Part shown: in pieces, positions 10,021 through 17,582 of the stretch
Layout: each line of letters opens with the position of its first letter
Position numbering within the stretch: the stretch's first letter is position 1
Virus record (IMG/VR): IMGVR_UViG_3300003888_000070
Coordinates: 1 to 56,527 of that record
Origin: a virus
Taxonomy: Duplodnaviria; Caudoviricetes
Strand: one strand, 5' to 3'
DNA: 56,527 nt
Program-made: the position numbers and the translations under genes
Notes under the pieces: model-generated
Databases searched by the model: none
Seen by the model: only the letters and a program-made list of their open reading frames with translations
Told to the model about the DNA's origin: nothing

Positions 10021-13000
10021 GACTGAGTCTCTTGCCTGTTGAACTGTTCCGCTATTATTTGTGTACTAGTCACCTCATCAAGATACCTGGCGCTAATCTC
10101 TGCCAGAGCCGCAAGAATGATATTTCGTTTGGATCGGTCCGCTGTCTTCAACGCCGTATCGACGTGACGAATGACCGTCTCGACATCTGCCCGATCCGTA
10201 TCCGTAACTTCGAACTCGCCAGAGACTGGCGTCGGTCGACCACCAATCCCAACCACGACGGCCATGGCTTGACGCTTGTCAGGCCTTCCCTTAACCCGGG
10301 CAAACGCTTCTGCACGGATGAATTGCTGTGAAATAGCTGCTAGCTCTAAATTCGCTTGATCAAGGTCGGCATCAACCCAATTCTTTGGAGATTTACTCAC
10401 GACAAGCGCGGCGATGCCGTCCATATCTGCTTCTGATCCAGAAAACTTCATAAGACGACTTATGAATGCATCCAGACGATAATCACCCGTTAGTTGATGA
10501 ATATTCTTTGCCCGCCCTCTTAAATCTGCCAAAGCACGCGTCGATTCGTTTGGCACCTGAAGTTCCGCCATCATTACCGCGCGAAGACGATGCAGCATAT
10601 CGCTATAAGCAATAGTCAATTCATCAATTCCGTCTTTTATTCTCAAAAGCACATCATCAATTGCAGTAGCATCAGACGCATCGTCAAGAAATACCCGAGG
10701 GATATCATCAAAAATGAACTTATTCGGATCGCGTGCTTGCTTAAACAAATTTCGAACCGTTGTTGCATTTTTTGACAACAAATGAGTCCGTTTAGCCCAC
10801 TGTGGCAAACCATCATAAATTGAAACGAGACCTCGAGCGACGTCAATCGGTTCCATGCCTACAAGCTGTTCACCACCGCCTTGGCCCTGGACCACTTGGG
10901 CGAGCCCGGACAAGATATGCCGAGAGGTATCGGACAACTCCATCCACCGGATCTGAATGGAGCTCGGGTCAATAGCAAGATAATCCACGTCAAGGTCGGT
11001 GAAACGGGCTTGGAAAACTCCCTCTCGATAAAAAGCCAACTGGTTTTTATACCCAAGGATAAAGGCGACGCCGAGGATTGGCAGCATTCCCTCTTTGATC
11101 CCGAAGGGAGCGGCCCGCCAGCACGAGTACAGCTCCGACAAATTAATCGATCGATCAGAAATCGAAGACACAAGCTCGAATGCGGCCTTCCAAGCAGGGG
11201 CGAGATAGGATGGGTCATTGTCTGGCTCAGGAGCAGTAAAATGCCAGCCTTGCTCCGCATTCTCCCGGTACAATCGGGACTTCAACAGAATCGAATCAAA
11301 AAGACCGCCCTCCGCCGGATAGCCCTCGATACCCAGGCGAAGCTCACCTTCCCCTTGGACCATTCGCTTTAATAGAGCTTTCTGCGCTGCGACTGCATTC
11401 GACGAAGGCTTGACGCGATTTACGAGTTCATTTGGAAGACGCGGACTTTCCGAAAACATCTTATCGGCAAGAGTCGAAGCAAGAACATTGAGTCCCGCAA
11501 AGGAATGACGTTGCGGCTTTTCGTTAAGCTGAAACCAATCAGCTGTATCAAATATTTTTTGGAGATCTGTCTCTAAACGCGTTCGCAAATTTGCTATTCT
11601 TGCAAGCACCTCACGCCGTGCGACACTATCTCCAGCCAATTCAGGACGCTCTTCACGCACTCTGCTGATCGCTAAAAACTCCTTAGCAAGCTGAAGCACA
11701 TGCCAGGCCTGTCCCGACAATCCTATTACTACACACCCTTTCGCAGTTGATACTGCTTCATGACAAACTGAATGCGCATAAGCCGCTGATTCATTGGCGG
11801 TTGGAATCGCGAGTAAAAACTTTCCGATTCCTCCCCCTGGAAAAGGAGCCGCTGAAGCTGTTGCAAGAGCATCGCTAAGAGGGATCAAGTCGGCATCGAA
11901 CCATCGAAGCGCCCCTGTCTTATGATAGTGGCGTTTTGCCAAAATAGGCTGAAGGCCCGCAAGGGCTCGGAGTTCATGAAAATTGACATCAGGCAGATTC
12001 GCAAGCGCTTCAGTCAGGGCTCCTTCTATGTCAAAGTCACTTCCTGCATAAATGGCGTAAGAACCAAGATGTTTTCGAAAAATTATAAAAGACCAAGCGA
12101 CTAAATTTTCTAGCGCTTGCGCAACTTTTTGCGGGGGTTCGTTTGCAAAAGCAGCTTCTACCAGCTCGGGAGTGGCTATCAATCCAGATCGTTCGCGAAA
12201 TAAATCAATAAGCGAGATTGTTTTTAACAGCAAGACTTGCAGTGGCTCAGTCCCAATGGCCTCACACCGTTCGATAACTTCGACGGCCATTGACCACCTA
12301 TGCCCATCTGGTGAGGCCAAGATAGCCGACTCAAGGTTGGATCGCAGATAATCCCAAAGACGATCAGGGGTGTAGAGATCCTCTTCCCTGGCACTGCGAA
12401 GAAAATCTTGAAAGCCATACGGTTCAGCCGAACTAAGAAATCCAAAGAGCGAACGCTGGTTCTGCCCGAAGCGACGCCGCGAGATCGGTCCGAGGAGACT
12501 GGACACGACTGGATGCAGCGGCCAGCATTTTTTGAGAAATTTTGAAAGATCAGCAGACGCTGAACGATTCGCTCTGATCACTTCAGCAACAGCATTTATA
12601 CTCAAAATATCTGGGACATCACCCTGCACTTCAATCGCTCTCGAAAGAAGTTCAAGGTGTTCATCGCCACTGACATTGACAGCAAGGTCAACAAAACGCC
12701 CCTGAACTTTGGCCCATTCATCGCGCAGTTCTCGTGCGATCCGCTGTGCGTACTCATCAAACGCCTGATGCAGAATGCCAACGATGACGAGACGGCCATT
12801 GCTCCGGGATGCTGCTTCAGCAAGTTGCTGAAACAAATAAATATCTGTGCCACGTTGGGACGCTGATTCAAGAAATTTACCCATCTCATCAAGAATAACA
12901 ACGAGACCATCCTGGCTTCTGGATTCAGCTTCAACCAAATCAGTGAGAAGCTGGACAATCTGGGTATCCGTCCAGGAAGATGTTTCCTCCGCCGGAATGA

Positions 13001-13406
13001 ACCCTCTGGCGACCAAGGCTTCGCCGATCACTGCGGCAGGGTCTCCCCTGCGTCCAACCACGGGCAAAATTCGCCAGCCCTTCCCCCCCGGTGGTAACGC
13101 TTCCCACAAGGTCTGAGCGACCTTGCTTCCAACGATGTTCGCGGCTTCATCGCGCAGTTGCACATTCCCGTTCAACAAAGCGCCAAGTGCAACAACAAGG
13201 CTCGACTTCCCGCTGCCGTAAGGCCCAGTCCATGTGAATGCCGCCTGCCCAGTCTCTTGGACATGTCTTGCCATCGAAAGAATGACTTCCGCAGAGGACT
13301 GTGGGCACACAAACCCTTCGAGCGCGCGAGGATCACCGAGATCCGTGTCGATGCGGATCGAGCGTTGAAAACGACGCGCGACATGAACGTAATCAGAAAG
13401 TGCCAT
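10017..13406 (-). CDS. sspC: Large P-loop ATPase, SspC
   Basis: RFQRSIRID N-terminus, GPYGSGKS Walker A, ILDEMGK Walker B, WPLHP, FGQNQRSLF. Confidence 0.85.
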   Translation of the reverse strand: MALSDYVHVARRFQRSIRIDTDLGDPRALEGFVCPQSSAEVILSMARHVQETGQAAFTWTGPYGSGKSSLVVALGALLNGNVQLRDEAANIVGSKVAQTLWEALPPGGKGWRILPVVGRRGDPAAVIGEALVARGFIPAEETSSWTDTQIVQLLTDLVEAESRSQDGLVVILDEMGKFLESASQRGTDIYLFQQLAEAASRSNGRLVIVGILHQAFDEYAQRIARELRDEWAKVQGRFVDLAVNVSGDEHLELLSRAIEVQGDVPDILSINAVAEVIRANRSASADLSKFLKKCWPLHPVVSSLLGPISRRRFGQNQRSLFGFLSSAEPYGFQDFLRSAREEDLYTPDRLWDYLRSNLESAILASPDGHRWSMAVEVIERCEAIGTEPLQVLLLKTISLIDLFRERSGLIATPELVEAAFANEPPQKVAQALENLVAWSFIIFRKHLGSYAIYAGSDFDIEGALTEALANLPDVNFHELRALAGLQPILAKRHYHKTGALRWFDADLIPLSDALATASAAPFPGGGIGKFLLAIPTANESAAYAHSVCHEAVSTAKGCVVIGLSGQAWHVLQLAKEFLAISRVREERPELAGDSVARREVLARIANLRTRLETDLQKIFDTADWFQLNEKPQRHSFAGLNVLASTLADKMFSESPRLPNELVNRVKPSSNAVAAQKALLKRMVQGEGELRLGIEGYPAEGGLFDSILLKSRLYRENAEQGWHFTAPEPDNDPSYLAPAWKAAFELVSSISDRSINLSELYSCWRAAPFGIKEGMLPILGVAFILGYKNQLAFYREGVFQARFTDLDVDYLAIDPSSIQIRWMELSDTSRHILSGLAQVVQGQGGGEQLVGMEPIDVARGLVSIYDGLPQWAKRTHLLSKNATTVRNLFKQARDPNKFIFDDIPRVFLDDASDATAIDDVLLRIKDGIDELTIAYSDMLHRLRAVMMAELQVPNESTRALADLRGRAKNIHQLTGDYRLDAFISRLMKFSGSEADMDGIAALVVSKSPKNWVDADLDQANLELAAISQQFIRAEAFARVKGRPDKRQAMAVVVGIGGRPTPVSGEFEVTDTDRADVETVIRHVDTALKTADRSKRNIILAALAEISARYLDEVTSTQIIAEQFNRQETQS

Positions 13407-14383
13407 TATACAGCCTCCTTGAACTTTTGCGAATTATAAACCTTTCGCATTAGTTCAAACAAATCATCCTCACTCAACGGCACCTTCCGAAAAGCCTGCT
13501 TTAAACCTGCCGTCTCTGACCAAGAATAAACTCCTTTTGTAAGCTCATCCATAGCCAACAACCGATCCGAAAGATCTATCTCATCCAGCAAAAACACTCG
13601 CCCTGGCGATCCCGGTTCATGAGCAATTGTCTCAAAGGACAAAGTTTTCCTGTCACCATACTGATTCCAGAAACTATTTAATGCATAGATAAAAACTTCG
13701 TCTGGCAGAGAACGCTTCGATCCACGTATAAATTGAAAATTCCCTTTTAATCCACGAACAAGTCCAAGTTCTGCGAGTGAACTCTCAAGATTATCTTCTA
13801 CACTTCCAACATCTCCAGTCGGTCTACTTTCGTATGTTCTAACAAAACATTCTACATCGCGCTGCACAGTTGTCCGTGAGACTCGTGACCAATTTCGTGT
13901 TTCTGCAAGCTTCATTAATCCGTCAACCAGAGCATCTCTTCGAAACGTAACACCACTAAAGTAATTAAATGCCCAATACCAAGTCGTCTTGAGGCTTTGA
14001 AACGAGCTTCCTGAACACAGATTCCAGTGCAATAGCCATAAGCTAGCAGGGTGCTCAAGATATTTATCTACACCTTTTTTCGATCTGAATAAAAATTTAC
14101 CGAACTCAGTCACAACTAACTGCCCAGTTTTTTCTTTTTCCTTGATCACGTTACAGGCTGCCGCCCAATGCCGCATCGACTTAACCATATTCTTACCAAC
14201 GCCAAAGCGAGCAATAGCTTCATCACTTAAAAAAATAGACTTATTGTCGGGATCATTGCGTGATGCAAACACCGCGTCATAGGCCTTTTTAAGCCACCCA
14301 TAGCGCAGAGGAAAGGTTTCATGTCCAGAAAACAGGGGTCGATACTCAGCTTGATGGAGCAGTCCGCGTCTCATTTTTACCAC
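13406..14383 (-). CDS. sspB: DUF4007-family protein, SspB (nicking component)
   Basis: FSGHETFPLRYGWLKK and FGVGKNMV signatures; start codon uncertain. Confidence 0.85.
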   Translation of the reverse strand: MVKMRRGLLHQAEYRPLFSGHETFPLRYGWLKKAYDAVFASRNDPDNKSIFLSDEAIARFGVGKNMVKSMRHWAAACNVIKEKEKTGQLVVTEFGKFLFRSKKGVDKYLEHPASLWLLHWNLCSGSSFQSLKTTWYWAFNYFSGVTFRRDALVDGLMKLAETRNWSRVSRTTVQRDVECFVRTYESRPTGDVGSVEDNLESSLAELGLVRGLKGNFQFIRGSKRSLPDEVFIYALNSFWNQYGDRKTLSFETIAHEPGSPGRVFLLDEIDLSDRLLAMDELTKGVYSWSETAGLKQAFRKVPLSEDDLFELMRKVYNSQKFKEAV

Positions 14384-14484
14384 CTGGAAGGTTTATCCAG
14401 GTCGACAATACCGAGGCTCGGAGGTATAGTCAACCGAACTGGCCCAATCCTCCAGGCGGGCCAACAGTCCTACGAGCAAAGACA

Positions 14485-15651
14485 ATGCCCACCCAAAATT
14501 CAGTTCATATTTACTTGGATTATCAGGCCACAACCCCTGTCGACCCTCGCGTCGTAAACGAGATGGCACCTTATTGGTCTGATTTTTTTGGTAATCCGCA
14601 CTCTTCAGACCATTCTTTCGGATGGCAAGCCCATGAAGCTGTTGAGTCGTCACGCGCTCAAATTGCCTCACTCATCGGGGCTGATCACGAGGAGATCATC
14701 TTCACGTCCGGAGCGACTGAATCAAACAACCTCGCCATCCTCGGAATCGCTAGGGCAATGCCCTCAACCCGACGGCGCATCATTATCAGCGCAATCGAGC
14801 ATAAATGCGTCATTGCCGCTGCCCATGCTGCTATTCGCGAAGGTTTCGAAATAGTAATGGCACCGGTCGGCAGGGATGGAATCATTGACCTGCAAGCCCT
14901 TGAACACTTGATTGACGAAAGAACTGCTCTCGTTTCTGTTATGGCTGTGAACAATGAAATTGGGACCATTCAGCCAATTCGTGACATCTCAAAATTATGC
15001 AATAAACATGGCGTATTATTGCATTCAGACGCTGCCCAAGCGCTTTCTATTCAAGCGATAGACGTTGATGACAGTGGCGTAGACCTCATGAGCTTGTCAG
15101 CGCATAAAATTTACGGGCCTAAAGGCATTGGCGCTCTCTACATACGAAAAGACATCGCAATCAAGCCTGAACCGATAATTCACGGTGGTGGACAAGAATT
15201 AGGATTTCGGGCTGGTACAGTGCCAACCCCTCTTTGCGTTGGATTTGGAAAAGCTTGTTCCATACTTGAATCAGAAATTGACATCGAAGCATCTAAACTA
15301 AAGAAATTACAATTATATTTTACAGATGTTCTTCGTTCTCTTGACGTTCAATTTTCAATAAACGGATCGCTGACACATAGGCACCCAGGAAATTTAAATA
15401 TATTATTCCACAAAATTGATGCAAGCTTATTATTAAACGCTATTCAGCCAACGATTGCAGCATCAACAGGTTCAGCTTGCAGTTCTTGGATTCCACATCC
15501 TTCACACGTACTCCGAGCTATCGGACTATCTGCAGAGGAATCTGAATCGTCTATCAGATTTAGCATTGGAAGATTTACAAATCATGACGACATAACATAT
15601 GCATGCAAGAGATTGAACACTGAAATACAAAGGATTTCTGAAATTTTCTGA
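14485..15651 (+). CDS. sspA: Cysteine desulfurase (IscS/DndA family), SspA
   Basis: YLDYQATTP, SAHKIYGPKG (PLP Lys), STGSACSS (catalytic Cys); divergent from sspBCD. Confidence 0.9.
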   Translation: MPTQNSVHIYLDYQATTPVDPRVVNEMAPYWSDFFGNPHSSDHSFGWQAHEAVESSRAQIASLIGADHEEIIFTSGATESNNLAILGIARAMPSTRRRIIISAIEHKCVIAAAHAAIREGFEIVMAPVGRDGIIDLQALEHLIDERTALVSVMAVNNEIGTIQPIRDISKLCNKHGVLLHSDAAQALSIQAIDVDDSGVDLMSLSAHKIYGPKGIGALYIRKDIAIKPEPIIHGGGQELGFRAGTVPTPLCVGFGKACSILESEIDIEASKLKKLQLYFTDVLRSLDVQFSINGSLTHRHPGNLNILFHKIDASLLLNAIQPTIAASTGSACSSWIPHPSHVLRAIGLSAEESESSIRFSIGRFTNHDDITYACKRLNTEIQRISEIF

Positions 15652-15683
15652 CCACATCAGTCATAATATTTTACTGTATCGCG

Positions 15684-15917
15684 TCATGGAAAATACTCTA
15701 TTGGTACTCCCATTGCTAACATTTCCCTCTGCCGCCTCTCCGGCAACGGCTCCGTACAACTCACCAGCCACTTCCCCGGTGCAGACTTATGCACCCCCAT
15801 CTTCTGCGCCAGGGCAGCCAAAGTAAGCCCCTCCCCGCGCAGCCAGAGCTTTAGCCGTTGCTCCCGTGGCAATGCCGACCAGTCCGTTGGCAGGACCATG
15901 CCGCTTGGTCTGCTCAT
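15684..15917 (-). CDS. Second Cro-like XRE HTH protein (77 aa)
   Basis: LTLAALAQKMGVHKSAPGKWL HTH; C-terminus LAMGVPIEYFP resembles LIALGVPAELLP of 2799-3071. Confidence 0.7.
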   Translation of the reverse strand: MSRPSGMVLPTDWSALPREQRLKLWLRGEGLTLAALAQKMGVHKSAPGKWLVSCTEPLPERRQREMLAMGVPIEYFP

Positions 15918-16072
15918 ACCCACACGTATCTGCGGTCGAAGAATCTGATCCGACCGGCCGCCAGGAGTTGCTGCACCGTAAGGACCACATGCGCCCACAC
16001 CCGACAGAGACAGGCCCGGACATCGATCACCCCTGATCGGACGGTGCGCCAGGCTGTTTTCGATGTCAGCAT
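15914..16072 (-). CDS. Small hypothetical protein (52 aa)
   Basis: Start overlaps the upstream stop and its stop overlaps the next ATG (coupling at both ends). Confidence 0.4.
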   Translation of the reverse strand: MLTSKTAWRTVRSGVIDVRACLCRVWAHVVLTVQQLLAAGRIRFFDRRYVWV

Positions 16073-16842
16073 GCCATACCCTCCCGACGGGGCCTGAAGC
16101 AGGCGAATTCCCAAAAGGTGGCGTCCGCCCAGCACAGGCGTATCCCTTCAACGCCGGCATGATAGGTCGGCATCGGCTTGAAAAACCGGCATTCGGGACA
16201 AGGGGCAGCGCCGGCCAATGGTTTGGACCGGACAAAAGGCTGTGCAACCGCCGTTGCTTCCTCCGTGGCCACCGACTCTGCCGCCTCACGCTCTTCCGAT
16301 TCCACCGGCTCTTCCTCTGGCAGCGGCGCGTCCTGCTTCAAGCCGACCACGCCCAGCAAACGATCCAAGGCCGCAACATCGGTACGCTGCAGTACAGCAA
16401 ATCCCTTCTCCCGGACGAATCCTTCCACCAGTGAATCCACCCACAGGCAACGCAGGCCGCTCACACCCTGGAACTGCTCCTGGTGGAGCACCCGAAAGCC
16501 GAGCATGACCAGCCAGTCCGCCATCAGCAGAGACCGGCGTTTGCGCAGCTCCGGCATCACCCGCCGGTTATAGGCCGTCAGGATAAACTTGACCCCGAGC
16601 CTGCCCTCATCGATGTCGGGCCATAAGGTGGCCAGGGTCTCGGCCAGGGCCAGCTCGGCCGGGTCCGTCACATTCGCCGGCGGATCAAATTCATGCCACT
16701 GGGAGCAGGACAGACAGGCCTTTGGCCGCGTCGGCAGATTCGACAGCGAAGACGACACCGGCCGGGTCCGATTCGCCTTGCATTGCGTCGGGCTGAGCCG
16801 GGCCTTCAACCCCAGGCAATCAAACAGCACCACATGATCCAT
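16066..16842 (-). CDS. Hypothetical protein with Cys clusters at both ends (possible Zn-binding)
   Basis: C..C..CLSC at the N-terminus, CPEC..C..C at the C-terminus; AGGA RBS. Confidence 0.65.
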   Translation of the reverse strand: MDHVVLFDCLGLKARLSPTQCKANRTRPVSSSLSNLPTRPKACLSCSQWHEFDPPANVTDPAELALAETLATLWPDIDEGRLGVKFILTAYNRRVMPELRKRRSLLMADWLVMLGFRVLHQEQFQGVSGLRCLWVDSLVEGFVREKGFAVLQRTDVAALDRLLGVVGLKQDAPLPEEEPVESEEREAAESVATEEATAVAQPFVRSKPLAGAAPCPECRFFKPMPTYHAGVEGIRLCWADATFWEFACFRPRREGMAC

Positions 16843-16868
16843 TCAGTCATCCTACGGCCAGATTGAAG

Positions 16869-16921
16869 GGCTTGATCGATTAAGCCGCGCGTCGCGGCAC
16901 GCAACGATACCGGACCTAGCT
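16869..16921 (-). ncRNA. Putative guide RNA: eight period-5 NGY-NN units plus 3' hairpin (vrRNA-like)
   Basis: Minus strand AGC-TA GGT-CC GGT-AT CGT-TG CGT-GC CGC-GA CGC-GC GGC-TT, then hairpin GGCTT-AATCGATC-AAGCC; begins 2 nt after the RAMP gene stop. Confidence 0.65.
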
Positions 16922-16922
16922 T

Positions 16923-17573
16923 TTACGTCGCACCCTGGGGGACAAGGTCAAAGGCGAACCGACCGAATCCCCCGCCCCGAAACTGACCAAGCCCTTTAAT
17001 CTGCCCATATTCCAGAATCTGCTCCACAACGCCCCATTGCACCTCGCCGTGCGGCAACAGCCCTATCCAGACGTCAAACGAAATCCCGGCGTTGATGATC
17101 TCGGAGGTGGCGATGCAGCTCATAGGCCCCTCCTTGGTGATCCGCCGCAGCGGCCTCCGGAATATCCCGTTCGGCTCCTTTTGCAGCGGAATGATCCGGG
17201 GACCGCAAAAGAGATAGCGAGTCAGTTTGTTGCGCAGAGCGGCAATGCCCTGCTTCGTGGTTTTGGTCCGTTTGACCATGGTTTCATGCTGCACAATATC
17301 CTTAAGTGTATTGCCGGCCTCCTTGAGGAACCCAAAGAACTGGTAATCCAGGATGGAGCACCAGCCATCCTGGTTGCGCAGAAACACGGTTGTGCGTTCA
17401 TCCACGCCTTCCGGCAACATGGCAGCCTCTTCAGCCCCCTCCACGTCGGGTTCCGGAGCCCTGGCCGCCACCAGATCCTGGTACACCTGCCGCTGCGACG
17501 GCAACGAGCCCAATATCGGCTCAACCAGGGTGATTTTGTATGTCCGGTATTCAATCCGGTCCGATAACGACAT
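16923..17573 (-). CDS. Stand-alone Cas7/RAMP-superfamily protein (Vipr-like)
   Basis: N-terminal strand YKITLVEPILGSLP, helix YQFFGFLKEA, C-terminal glycine-rich loop GLGQFRGGGFGRF typical of RAMPs; no other cas genes in the window. Confidence 0.8.
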   Translation of the reverse strand: MSLSDRIEYRTYKITLVEPILGSLPSQRQVYQDLVAARAPEPDVEGAEEAAMLPEGVDERTTVFLRNQDGWCSILDYQFFGFLKEAGNTLKDIVQHETMVKRTKTTKQGIAALRNKLTRYLFCGPRIIPLQKEPNGIFRRPLRRITKEGPMSCIATSEIINAGISFDVWIGLLPHGEVQWGVVEQILEYGQIKGLGQFRGGGFGRFAFDLVPQGAT

Positions 17574-17582
17574 ATCGCCCCC

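Larger units (their letters stand above)
4000..15680. other. AT-rich defence island (DNA phosphorothioation plus putative restriction operon)
   Basis: Abrupt drop in GC relative to the flanks; gene content listed below. Confidence 0.85.

Noticed and set aside
9187-15651. Sulfate assimilation or Fe-S housekeeping genes, or a BREX type 4 locus
   Set aside because: Linkage of desulfurase, DUF4007, ATPase and PAPS reductase without pglZ or brxL fits SspABCD
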